From Bugula neritina (taxonomy: Eukaryota > Animalia > Bryozoa), in assembly GCA_964035545.1 (NCBI GenBank), contig OZ037765.1, positions 10,302,698-10,366,697 of the forward strand: a stretch of DNA of 64,000 nt, in the 5' to 3' direction. The translations under genes were made by a program, and so were the position numbers. Of the stretch, positions 27,001 to 58,158 are shown piece by piece. Every line of letters starts with the position of its first letter. Within the stretch, counting starts at the first letter, position 1. The notes under the pieces are model-generated. The model saw nothing but the letters and a program-made list of their open reading frames with translations. It ran no database searches and was not told the origin of the DNA.

Positions 27001-30000
27001 CCCACTGAGCTTAGGGCTTGGAGGTTAATAATACTTCTAGTATAAAAATTGTGTCACCAAGCAATAGTCACTGCGTTTCCATGACTGCGCATAATGCGAA
27101 TGAATGCCCCATACGGATTATTTGTAGTTTGTGGTTTCCATTAACTTATAGTTGCGGTTTCATTCGATGTAACTGTTTCCATCAGCCGAATAAAAAAATC
27201 CATTTGCATAATGCGATAATGGAAACGCAGTGAGTGCTGTTCAACCAGACAACTATAGTAACTGCACCAGTATTTCTTTTTATAAATCTGCTTATACATA
27301 AATTGAAAGCCACATAATACTTGTTGTATTTAGATTAAAATATACATATACTTTCATATTATCCTAGCTACACTCTATGTTTATTTGGTACTATTATCAT
27401 CTTACTTTGTTCAGTTTAAATATCAATGCATTGTGATAAAGGTAATATGGGTTTCTCACCTTGCTTGTGCATCACTCACACCCTTCAATTGCAATTCTTG
27501 ATGCGATATTATAGAAACAAGCTTATTAATTTCTTTGGTTAGGAGTTCTCTCCTCTCGTTTAGTTCAGCTTCATTGAATGATTCATAAATGATTTCACAT
27601 TTCAATAGGCCCTACATGACAAATAATCAAATATTTTAAACATATAATTTAAATTTCCAAAATGCATATTACACAAATTTCTCAGCAAATTCTAAATTTG
27701 CCATTAAAGTATGATGCAACTTTGTGACTTTGACAAAACTTTTAGAAGATTTTTGCAGCATTAGATAGATAAAATTGTGTTGATGTAAATACGAAACGAT
27801 TTTTAATACAATGCATACGTACGAAAATTTATTGCACAGATGTGAAAAAGTTAAAAATATATAAGCCATTTTGCATAAATAATTATTGAGCCAATATACC
27901 CCAAATGACCTCACAACTATTATAACTGTTGGCAAATGTTTTACAGCATGATATTCTAAGACTTAGGCTATTTGTTTTATACTGCTGTATACAGCAGTAA
28001 CCCTTGTTAAACATATTTGTTTCAATTTCTCAGGCTGCCTGGACTTCATCTCCCCATGTGTCAAATGATTCATCATTAATCTCAGCACTTGCTTACAGTA
28101 TTGTGGTACCATAATCTTGCCTACTTTCATCACTGGATAAAGTTTTTCAACATATTATTTCATGCAAAGGCTCTTTTTGGGTCAATTTTTTTAAATGGCA
28201 CTTTTAGCATTTGCAATAAGTTAACACAACTATTGTGGTGGTTGTACATACTCGAGGAGCATGTGAATGGCTTAGTCCTGGAACAAAGGACTGCAGGTTC
28301 TGCTGATAGCTATTTTGTGTTGGGTTCTGAGACTTCACAAATCTCGAAATATCAAATTTGGGATCAACATCTTCACACATGCGGCTCACACCTTCATATC
28401 CAGTTATCTGCTCTCTATTCTATAAATAATCCACAGAACACAGTAACTTAGACTTAGAAAAGAATAATGTACACTGTATCAGTGTATCTACAAATAATTT
28501 ACATTATTGTCTTTGCAAAGCTGTGCGTTTATTGCTTGATAACTACTTCCATGCAAGTTTATAGTGTGAGAACTTCTGATTGAATATAGATCTTTAAAGC
28601 TGGCTAAGGACATTCAAATGGGGGCACGGGAGCAATTATGATTGAATGCTCTTCCTAACAACACCAATGGCCTTTACTGGGGTTCGAACCCATAACTTCG
28701 TGCTTACTAAGCCAACGCTCTAACCCCTAGGGCTTAGACCATAACTGCTCCCTTTATTGTGTGATAAATACTTCCATGCAATTAATAATAAGATTAATGT
28801 TGTACAGAAAACTATTTTTTAAAAGATAATTTCTGATAGATGCAGCAATAATTCATGTCTACAGTTTGCATCACCTAGTAACAATATTCACAGCAATATT
28901 ATAAGGACATTGATATCACTACCAGTTATGCAGTAACACATTCTTCTGGATATTATATTATCATAAAAATATTTGCAGAGGGAAGTTTGAGGAAGAGCAA
29001 GCATTTCATGTTTAACACTCAAATATGTTGATATGAATTCAAACAAATCATTTACTCCCTAACTAACTAATACTATATTTGGTGATGTAATAGATAGCAT
29101 ATTATATAAATGAACAATGCCAGTCTAGCATAACTTTTTAAATATTTAGGAATGCAATTTTAGGGAAGATTAGGAAACAAGTGCTTAGCCATAATAGAAA
29201 CAATAAATAATCTATTTGTACTATTTTCATGATAAGACAATTACCATGTTTATGAGAGAAGCAACCAAAGTTTGTATTGAGTCAGAAATGCTTAACATAG
29301 CTTCTGTTTGTGTAGACTCCAGCTGCTATAAAATAAAGCATACATGTACATTGAAACAGTGCCGTAAGGAATAAAAAAAAAAATTTTTAAAAAGAAGCAT
29401 ATTATACTGGTGCAATTATAGTTACGAAATAATATTGAGGCTAATTATTGCTGCTGAATTTTTTCAGAGTCTAAAGATATATAACTAAAATCTGCCTAAT
29501 TATAATGAAATAACTTAGTATACAGTTTGACTATAATAGTGGTACTTGCTCAAAAGTCTATCAATTCGGGTTACGTAATAAGCATGCATTAATAAATCCT
29601 TGCAATAATGTATTCATTCTAACAGCAATGTTATAGTCATCATGTAGCTACAGTTTATCATTGAGTTGATTGCTGGCTATGATTTCTCTAGTATGATATG
29701 AATATACGGGTATGGAAGTACGTGTGCACTAAAATATGCAATAAAAACATTACTTGTAAGACTTGAGGAACACCCTGCGTGTGATATTCTCTTTGGAGTT
29801 TGTTGAAAGAGATGAGTTTAATAATGTACTGGTTATGGGCGTCCACACAGCTCTGGTACAGCTTCTCTGTTTCATTTTTCTTGGCAACAGAATAGCAGTC
29901 TCTATAGTGCTCATAGCTCTACAATTTAGTAATGATAAACTAGTGTGATATAAAAGGAATATACATTGCTACTGATTATTTCAAATTAAAAAGATAGTAT

Positions 30001-33000
30001 AATAAACAGTAGAATAAACAAATTGTGGGTACGTTGAATGTGGACTTTATAATTTTTTATATTCCGTAAAGTAACTAGCTGTAGCTGATTTAATTACATT
30101 TTCCTTGCCACTGCAGTGTATTGTGTGCCAATTGCTTAAATATTTGTTCAGTGACAAATTTCATATTTATAGTAAGTACAAAAAAAATTTATATAGATTT
30201 TAGAAATTCACCTATGCTGAAAGTAATAAACAGCAAATATAAATAAATTTGCAAAAATAAAATAACTTCAAATTGAATTGACTAACTTACCAGCCCCTTT
30301 TTTCTTAGTTCAACTCTCCACTAAAATTATAAAAGTAATAGCCGGTCAATTTAATGAATAAATTAATCAAATGCATTATAAAAACCAAATTGTAGAGCAA
30401 AACTATATATAATATTATATAATTAAAACATATGATTTTTATAATCATTATTTACACACTTCTAAAAATATTTATTTCATTTTATTTTATACTTACTTAG
30501 TTCTTAACTTAGCAAACGAGTTCATATTACAAGGAATACCAAAATAAGTAGTTAATCCTTAAAAAGTTTGAAACTCTAATTTGCCAACTGTTCTTTGAAA
30601 CTGCAAATCTGAGAGGTAAAAGATAAAACAAGTCTTGGAAACAATAAATAATTGGCCCAATTACGCTTGTTTTTTCTTTTAATAAACATTTTTTTAAATC
30701 TAATAAAATTAACCCACAAAATCCGTTTTCTAGAACCTAGATCAGTTAGGCTATATGCGCATTGACAACTCCCACTTATTCAATGACACATTGATGTACA
30801 TACACTACTGCTGTTTTGTCCTTGACCCAAATTTAAGAAATTCAGAAGCAATCGAGTTATAAAAAATATTGCCCTACATTTCAAATATGCAGCACATGTT
30901 AATAATGAATATATATAGCAAGTGAAACTGGTCTCTTGTGTATTCTAGTAGAATAGTTATTGTAAAGTACTTCAACACACCTGTGTTGCAGCTATTGTAT
31001 GATTAAGATTGCATGCAATTCATTTGGGAGTTGCGTTGCATATGTTTAACCAATATTTTTGTATAAACTAAACAACTATAACTGGTTGCATTGTTTGCTG
31101 CAAAGATGAGGCTGCCCATGATACTAAAATTAGAGCCCTGGTGTGATATACACTAACATACATACATACACTTGCAAAAATGTTTCTAATTCTGCTTAAT
31201 AACATATTTTGTGCTTCTCATTCCCAAAGCATGCAGAAACTCACAAAATATATACCAGTTCTATGGCTAAAAAATATATGAGCCTCCTATTAGACATGCT
31301 TCAGGCAAACCAATTAGCTAGAGTCACACTACTAATGTTTGAATTTAGAGTTATCTCCCATTATTGTAGTTTCAGCCTTACAACACATTGTGGGTTTAAC
31401 CTACTGTTATCAGCCTTCAACGTATTTATAAAAATGATAAATACGAAAGATAAATAGACATGTGGCTACAGAGCAAAATTTGCAGAAGCACCTTAATGCA
31501 GAGCAAATAATTTATACAACGTAACTTCTTAAACATTGAACAGTTGTTTTGGCTCTTTGATATTAGTTGAATATATACATCTCTATATTATATTATAGCA
31601 TATAGATATTATAGTAATATACAAAAGAGATTCATTGACATGTGTGTATGTACGTATGTATAAAGTAAGCCAGCTGTAATAAGACAAGATAAATTTGGAT
31701 ATAAATTAAAAGTAAAGTTGTAAAGTAATGTAAAGTTAGAGTTTAGACTAATAAGAAGAAAGAGCCAACAAAATAAAAACTAAAGATAGTAAAGAGTTGT
31801 AAAAACAGTGGTGAATATGCTGTAACTAGGTAAAAAAAAGTAGCACATTTGCATTAGAGAGTTTTACAAAATTAAAGAGTTTTTGTAGTTTTTGTGACTA
31901 TATAATATTGTAATAAAGCATACGGAACAAACTATATTCAGCTCAAGATATTACAAGCCTGCCTGGGCAATCAAATCTTTGGAATGACAACAAGCTGCAA
32001 ATTATCTGAAACAATTTTACTTACTTTATGCAAGTCCCCAGCTGTGCTGTCACACATTTCATCCAACTTTCCTTTGAATGAACTCAACTCAACTACCTGA
32101 GCTTGAGTGCAGTTAATGGAGCAGAGAAGCTTCTTAACTGCCTGAGAGCTCATTTTTGCTGAAAATACTTTGTGTCTCTAAAAAAACATTCAACTGTTTA
32201 CATAAAAATAAGCTATCTAGCCAATGAAAAAATACAAATTAAAAGACAACCACTATTAATTTGCTTAAAAACTCGAATTGGCTACAGTACAGTTATAAGT
32301 TTCAATTTAAGGAATTAAATTATTAAAAATCAAATATTTAGAATGTTGATCAACTTTGCTGTTACAAGGTGTTAAATCTTTTGATTGCTGAAAGTATATA
32401 ACTGTGTAATTAGTGATTTGTACCTTTGCATCATTGGTTACTTCAGCCAGCAACTTCTCCCAACAACTCAGAAGTGTACTCTTATCAAATAAGTTGCTAA
32501 GAAGATATAGGAATTGTATATTTACTAAGCATAAAATTTTTTAACATGGTATGTAATTGAAACTTTAAGTATTATCCTTTTCACTTTTAAGTTCTTTAGA
32601 AGGTAAGGTTCTCTTGGTAAATGTATAAAGCCCATTTTTATTAGCTATCGTATAAGTAACTATGATACTATAACTTTTCAAAAATCATCACTGGCTCAAA
32701 GGCCTATTTTAATTGAAAACTCACAAGCATTTAGGAACAAAAATCTAAGACTTCTCAAAAACATTAACCAAGCAATTGCAATAATAAGTTGGGTAACTGA
32801 AAGATGAATCAACTGCCTTGGGTCTAGCACAGAAGATATTGTATGTATATAAATGACTGCAAACATTCATCGAGTAATTACTATTATGTTTTAACTTAAG
32901 ATGCGTGAAAGAATGATAAGCTACAAAAAGATACCTGTTTTTCTGAGTTAGTATTTCGTCTGACGTTTTTTGCTGGAAATGCGACACCAGATTTTTCAAT

Positions 33001-34248
33001 TCACTGCTGAACCGGTCATTTAGTGTAGACAAGCTGCTCACGAACTCCGACACTGCTCAATAGAATTTATATAAAACTGATGACATCAACAAACCAAAGG
33101 CTATATCTAGTTCATTGAAGCAAAATTGGCAAGATTTAGGCTATTGTGTAGATTCCCACCAGCTCAGTTAAATGCTAATATTATAAGAAATTAAAAGGAT
33201 GCGCATAAGTATACTCAATAAATAAAAGAAATCCGCTAACCTTGCTTATAATACAGTCATAGCTATTCATCTATTTTAAAATGCAATTGTTATGATAATT
33301 TCAAATGAACAGCAATGATTATAGCAGCCAGCAAACAATAACACAATAATGTTGGCAGATATAGTCATATTTTTGTGAAAACTCGGGATGGTAAACTCCT
33401 GACTAAAATTTACTAGACAGGCAATAGATTTTTCTGAAAACTATGCCACACAACATCTAGCATATCACAATGATTACAATAGGGTGTGCAAGCTAGGCAG
33501 ATGTCTTTAACCAATAAATCTACTTCATAGTACGAAACATATCATTAGGATAATATCATTGTATCTCATCTTAAGATAACAGCAAATGCAATCAACTATA
33601 AGTAATTAAATATATTCAGCATAATACTGTTGACTACGTGAATATGATATTCTTCTATTTGATTCTTAGTATAAACTCTTCTCCACGTTCTATATAACTT
33701 AATCGTCAACAGGAAATTGCTTCTAACTGGCCTATTGCTTTCAACTTTCATCAATACTCTTCAAACAAAACCCTTTATTGTAACGTTTACAATTAATATG
33801 ATGAGGTCTTTTAAATACATTTCATATATTTATTGTAAATAGAATTTTATCCAAAGCCAATGAAGACTATTTAGGATGTAAATAAAGCCTTTTATGTTTT
33901 GACATCATTATATGCCACATTTATTTTATACAGTTACATGCATTAACTATAATGCTAGCACTAAACTAAATTATTAAATAGATTTGAGAATAAACTTGTA
34001 ACAAGTTTTTATTGGTGCCTGCTTTACTTTTATAATAATAGCTACTTGAACAGCAGTTGAGTTTATATAAAAAAATGAATGTAACTCTCACCTAGTTTAG
34101 CAATTCTGAGCGTGCCATTGATGTGCTCTTGAATAGCCTCAAACTGGCAAGCCTGGTATAAGTCCTGGTATGTATACTGCATCCTTCTCAGCAGCTTCAG
34201 CACATTTACTTTGCTGCAAAACATCTTTATAAATGGTTTGCTTGTCAT
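14297..34248 (-). CDS. STAC-like adaptor: F-BAR-like domain + coiled coil + DPVY motif + STAC-type tandem SH3 (~864 aa, 18 coding exons); no C1 domain found
   Basis: Minus-strand exons 34248-34092, 33052-32935, 32496-32424, 32177-32025, 29918-29754, 29325-29245, 28419-28252, 27611-27460, 23636-23525, 21588-21415, 21068-20999, 20578-20429, 18094-17669, 17425-17318, 16698-16604, 16301-16219, 15602-15413 and 14416-14297 all join in frame with GT-AG. F-BAR-like motifs: [63 protein letters not shown] resembles the STAC DPVYExLR motif. SH3 YVILYDF...DDLSLRAGDLV...[19 protein letters not shown] is followed directly by an atypical second SH3 ending CPLTYLRRI*. Confidence 0.82.
14921..14965 (+). ncRNA. 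Minimal type I hammerhead ribozyme
   Basis: Helix I CTGTG/CACAG; core CTGATGA (14926-14932); helix II GGGG-acaaa-TCCC; GAAA-C-A...T-G-T helix III; GTC cleavage triplet at 14958-14960. Confidence 0.85.
14972..15053. repeat. (AT)n microsatellite, ~41 units
   Basis: Uninterrupted AT run. Confidence 0.98.
16065..16160. repeat. Degenerate tandem repeat (acctatcttact...)
   Basis: Several imperfect copies of (tg/ta)acctatcttact(g/a)taa. Confidence 0.65.
26572..26676. repeat. 21-bp minisatellite, ~5 copies
   Basis: Unit ataatatcgataatacagagt; explains the repetitive spurious ORFs 26402-26698 and 26526-26711. Confidence 0.92.
27069..27232. mobile_element. MITE, probably PIF/Harbinger-type (164 bp)
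   Basis: 14-bp perfect TIR CACTGCGTTTCCAT / ATGGAAACGCAGTG; 3-bp TSD AGT (27066-27068, 27233-27235). Confidence 0.8.
28595..28752 (-). mobile_element. tRNA-derived SINE copy
   Basis: Minus strand: A-box-like TGGTCTA..GG, B-box GGTTCGAACCC, body AGGAAGAGCATTC...AATTGCTCC shared with the copies at 46211-46583. Confidence 0.78.
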
Positions 34249-34726
34249 TAATTACTGTTTTGCTGGAAGACAAGACCCCACACCTGATGAATGAATTACC
34301 TGGAAACTCTCAGGGGCATAGGAAACATCTCACTACTAGAGGCATAATATTGACTTACTGTAATAAGATCGTTTCAGGAACAATAATATTACAATAATAC
34401 TGTTATAAATTCTACTGCTTTCTAAACTTCCGACATATAAACACTATGGAACTTGCAATAGAGCCTTTTAAGTTGTACAATTTTTGCATGTTGACCTAAC
34501 AGTTTCTACTCTGCTTATAGAAAAGAACGATATTATTCTCAATTTAAGAATGTAACTGGGAGCCACATGAGTTCACAGATTTTTGAAACTTATGAGTAGT
34601 TTAAAAATATTTCTTACTCATCTGTATAGCCTAAATAGTTTGCTTTTGTAATCACTTTATATAACAGTTTTCTCAAAAATGATCAATATTTTATATTTTT
34701 TAAAAATATTTGCTGAGATATCCTGC

Positions 34727-35145
34727 TATATTATATACATATATCCTGCTATATTATATACATATATACTGCTGTTATAGACGAGTATATGCTATTGTAA
34801 TATATACATATTTACTGCTGTAATATGTACATATATGTTATTGTAATATATACATATTTACTGCTGTAATATGTACATATATGCTGTTGTAATATATACA
34901 TATATGCTGTTGTAATATGTACATATATGCTATTGTAATATATACATATTTACTGCTGTAATATGTACATATATGTTATTGTAATATAAACATATTTACT
35001 GCTGTAATATGTACATATATGCTGTTGTAATATATACATATATACTACTGTAATGTATACTTACATGCTGCCATACTAAATAAATACATATTTACCACTG
35101 TAATATATACACTGTTGTAATAGCTACATATAATATGCTGCTGTA
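34727..35145. repeat. AT-rich ~23-bp (46-bp dimer) minisatellite
   Basis: Repeated (t)actgctgtaatatgtacatatatg(c/t)tattgtaatatatacatatt. Confidence 0.88.
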
Positions 35146-36204
35146 AAAAATAATAGCACTTATATACCTGTTAGACTGGCAGTGAGATATACAGCTCTGT
35201 AATTAGTATCCACTGCATTCATTGTGTACACATAACCTAACGTTTAGCAATGAAATCAATATATGTTTTATTTGTCAGATAAATTATTCATATGTGAAAC
35301 TTGACAATTTAAATTTTTCTTTTTGTATCCATTAAATAGTTTTTTGATTCATGTGCTGCTGATACACATTTAAAACATTTATTTAAAATAATTACTCAAA
35401 TTTATACATATTATAATGAAATCAAATTTGAATTGGAAAAAAACCACGAGTTATATGATGTTGAAAACTGTGCTAGTTGCAACAAGTATGAAGACAAACA
35501 AATACAAACATATCTATATTACTGAGACCTTTAATACCATAAAGCATATTTTGGTGCAGCTCTCTGTATATTGATGAGAGGTAAGAATTTAAATGTCTGA
35601 ACACAATATAAAATTGTTTAACTGAAAAAATGGTTATATATTATTGGCACTCACCTCTCTCTATTGCTTGATAGTGTCAAAGTAGTATGTAAGTTTATAC
35701 AAATTCATACAATAGACATAGGTAGTTAAAACTGGAATAACTAAGTTACTGCTATAGAATAATAATTGCAGATTACTATTCAAAGTAGACCTGAAGCTGT
35801 AGTCGAGTTTAACTACTAGAATCAATGCATGTCACCAGCACATTAAAACGGTGACTGCTATCATACCTAATTACACTGCAATCTGAAGATGTGATATCAA
35901 CAAACCAAATCATTGGGGAACATGCCACTAGCCGTCATGAGACATAGCATACATATTAATGACCTTTTGATTATTGCATCTAATGCGGCCACTGCAAAGT
36001 ATTATCCAATAACTTTGGTTTTCTATAACAATATTCATATTATGCAGCATAGCTGTCATTTTTTAGCTTTCAATATGATTACAATTTTAAATCTTCAGCT
36101 AAATTATACAAGTCTGTATCAACTGCAAATCTACAAGATGCAACTGGATAAGGTAGAGCAACTCCAAACAATGAATAGCTAGAAGGTTGGTATGTCAGTT
36201 AGGG

Positions 36205-36524
36205 CAGCGTTGTCTAACAAGCAACCCCAGGGCTGGATGCCGCTCCTTGCCAACATTTATGTGGCCCTCAAAGGCATAAAACTAAAATTATTTTTCACAC
36301 GTATAAGTGAAAAACCACCTTTTAAATGTCTTATGCTACAAAACATAAAGCTTGCATCAACTACTAGGACTTTATTGCTTACTGATTCATAAGAATTTGG
36401 AATAACATAATTTGAAAAATACTGCCGCTGAGGCCTCCAGCTCAAGCTAAAGTTTACAATGTGGCCCTTGCTGAGAAATATTCCCTTTCAGTGGCCCACG
36501 CTCTGAAAAGGTTGGACACCCCTG
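36205..36524. mobile_element. hAT (Charlie/Buster-type) MITE
   Basis: Right TIR GGTTGGACACCCCTG, degenerate left TIR CAGCGTTGTCTAAC; 8-bp TSD AGTTAGGG/AGTTAGCG (nnnTAnnn); homologous to 48786-49073. Confidence 0.8.
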
Positions 36525-37180
36525 AGTTAGCGTTTTGGGGCACTAGGAAAGATTGGAAACTTGGTCCAGTAATTTGACTGGGGAAGAACTTGAATTGTAT
36601 AATTAAAATGTTAGTTAAAAGCAAGTCATAATTGAGTAAAAGACTTTAAACCACTTGAGATCATGTCTCAGCTTTAATAATTGAAAACTGCAACTTTACT
36701 AAAGATTATAGCAGCATTACTCATAATTAGTTAACTTTACATATAAAACTAATATCATAACCAAATAGCAATCAACATTGTAAAAGTATGATTCAGTTAT
36801 ATTAATGAACAAGAAAGCCTGTAAAGAAATCAACAGAGTATTATTTATCAAGAAAATACAGCAGAAATTGTCTAAAATGGTAAAAATGATTATATATAGT
36901 AGAAAATAGAAATCTACATATAGATTATACGTACAACTTTGATTATACTTGAGTATCACTACTATGAAAAATAATGTAATTGCAAACAAATTTACTAAAA
37001 AAGTAAATACTACATCTAGAGTCTAGAATCTTCTGAAAATTAAATTTCAAAACATAATATAGAGTAACAAAACAGTCCTGGTATTGAAACATACAAGAAA
37101 GATTCAAAATATATATCATAGCTTTTATTATATTATATTATTATACTGATTCCTAAAACCTATAAATACGAGATACAACA

Positions 37181-54900
<17,720 letters not shown>

Positions 54901-56662
54901 AATTGCTTTTCAAAAATCCTGACATTGAAATCAAACTGAAAATAAGAACTGAGGCATTTGAAATCAAATCATTTCGATATTGTTTGAAAGAGAAACTACA
55001 GCTGACGCATTACGGTCGAGTAAGCAAGGTGAATGAATGTTAAAATAACCATCATCAATTACAATTATTAGTTGATAGAAATCACGTGATATAGCAAAGC
55101 GAAACCAAAATGTATGCCAAAAAGACAACTCCTAACGGCTAAATGCAGCTGATCGTGGTATTGCACATAATGTACATGTACTAGTTATTCTTATATTATT
55201 CACAGTAAACCAAAAAATTACGGCATTAATTAGTATTTCTGATAAATTCAACATAATGCAATATAGTGCAATTTCAAGTATATCGCTCATGTTCTTTACA
55301 GCAATCGTGTAACAAGTTTATAAAGAGATATTTGGGCTTCAGCTCTTCATTTGTACAAAATATCCTATTTATGCAAATTTAGTTTCCTGGCTGCACTAAT
55401 TACACTGTGTACAATAGCAGCTGCAGCTCGAAATTTGTTCTAATTTCTGCATGCAACTTTTATTTTTTTTTAAACTGAGTAGCTTCTGTTTATGTCAGTG
55501 AGTATTCCAATGTTTTGTAATTGTTTGTGGATAAACAGATATTGTGATAAGAAAGTTTGGGTTAGTTTCGTGTGATAGGTAATCTTTAATCTGTCTCAAA
55601 CCATAAGCCAGAGAATGTACTACAAACACACAATGAAGTAATATTAGTATAAGTAATGCTTAGACACAAAAAGATTATATAACCAGTACACGTAATTACT
55701 ATAACGTATGCTACAGAGTATACACATAATACAAATTAATATAATAACATTGTAACAATAGAATGAAGATGGGAAGCCAAACATATCAGCGTGTTGGGTT
55801 ATAACAGTTATAGGTTGAATCGCTACAGAGTATTAGTATTAAGTATTTAGCTGATAGCCTGAGGTCTAAGTCAATTGTCAGACGTCATCATCAACAGCTT
55901 CTATTCATCATTTTACCTTAATAATATTTTTTAACATTGTTGTTTACATAAAATTTACACAAAGGCTTGTGATAAAAAGTACGCTTGTTTCTAAAATTTA
56001 TGCGCAAATAAATTAAACTTGACCATGTCAGCTAGAACAAGATCTATTGCTATATATTCATTTTTGTATTATATAGGCACGTAAATATAATTTGATTTTT
56101 AATAAAATTATATTGGTATAAGCATATTCATGTTTTATGCATAAATTGTGCTATTTTTGTAAAATTTTAAAGTTTTAATAAGGTTCATCTGTCAAATCAT
56201 ACATGACTAAGACAATATTTTAATTATATAATAAGTACCGCATGCATCACATGTGCATTAATTAAATAAATTTTATAACAAATGGCACCTAAATATAAAA
56301 TATAAGATAAAAAGTTTTTTATTCATAAAAACGTCGTTTTGTGATTCTAAGTTTAGAAGATTTGTTCATTTACAATTACAATCTTGGCTTGTATGGACTA
56401 TGCACAAAGTATTACACAGAGTTAGCTTCTCTTACAACTATATAAGTTGTATGTTGCTTCAAGCAGTAACATTATAATTATGTTTTCATGCATATTAGTT
56501 GCAGTCGTCATAAAAGATGTCTTACAAAAGTTACCGTGTTATATAGGCTGACGGCACATTCATGTATGCAAGAACTATACTCAACGAAGTGGGCTTGTAG
56601 ATTCTCTTCTGAAAGACCACGGATCATTGGTGATGTCAAGAAAGGTATTTAATTCTACTACA

Positions 56663-57083
<421 letters not shown>

Positions 57084-57919
57084 CCTATCAGTGATCTACA
57101 TATGCGGTCACAGCGAAGCATTTGAGGTCATCACTCGGTGTGTCTGTTGAGCTAAGCCTTCTTACGGCCAGCTCTATGTCGTCTCTGTGCCGCATTCTTT
57201 CTTCTTCAAAGATTTGCATGCCTTTATGAACCATAGATCTCCATCTAGTCCTCCTTGTGGTACTCCATTCCCAGGTCTCTGTTCTGATGTGAGAACGCTT
57301 CATACTGTCTTGGAGACAGTCTTTGAAGCGCTTCCTCTGTCCTCCTTGCAATCTTTTACCTATTTGTAGCTCCCCATAAAAGATCTGTTAAGGAAGTTTG
57401 TGTTCTTTCATTCTCACTACATGTCCCGACCAACGCAGTCTGTTCTTGATGATGAGGCTTTCAAGGCTTAAAATCTTTGTTTGTTGGTATACGCTGTTAT
57501 TAGTGTGCTTGTCAGTCTATTTGATGTCCAGTATTCCTCACAATTTTCTCATATGATAATTTTCTAGCTTCTTTATGCAGTACCGTAGGTAGCCCATGTC
57601 TCAGATGCATACAGAAGTGTTGGTATGATGACAGCTTTGTACACTTTCAGTTTTGTGCTTACCTGCAGGTTAGAGTTGTCAAAGACTCTCTGCCTCAGCT
57701 TGCTGTAAGCAATACTAGAAGCTTGAAGCCGTCTGTCAATTTCTCTCCCCAGATCCGCCTTTGATGACAGGTTGCTTTCTAAGTACACAAAATTGTCAAC
57801 TGAGCACGATGTTTTGCCCCCAGCAACAATAGTGGGAGGGTCAACATTTTTTCCTGGTTTTGGTTGGCAAATAACTTGTGTCTTCTTTGAATTTAGCTTC
57901 AGTCCGAGAGAGTTGTAAG

Positions 57920-58037
57920 TGTTATATTCACTGAGGTATATTTCCAATGACTAAAACCACGCTGGTATGCGCAGCGTTACAACTAACAAAAACCGGATAT
58001 ACAATATTGAATAAATGGGCGGAGCCAAAATATAACA
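57920..58037 (-). repeat. 3' LTR (118 bp)
   Basis: Direct repeat of 61486-61604; preceded on the minus strand by a polypurine tract. Confidence 0.95.
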
Positions 58038-58158
58038 GATTCTCCCTTTACAAAGCTTGACTTACAAAACATTCAAGAAACAAACAAGTAATAAATCCAA
58101 AGTAAGACAGAAAGAAATGAAAGAACAATGTAACTGCAAAATAATAAAATTGAAAGTA

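Noticed and set aside
28595-28752. tRNA gene
   Set aside because: Has A/B boxes but no full cloverleaf, and continues into a body shared with other copies; it is a SINE.
55364-55373. CArG-like CCTATTTATG and E-box CACGTG (~55083) upstream of vinculin
   Set aside because: Imperfect or short motifs expected by chance in AT-rich DNA.
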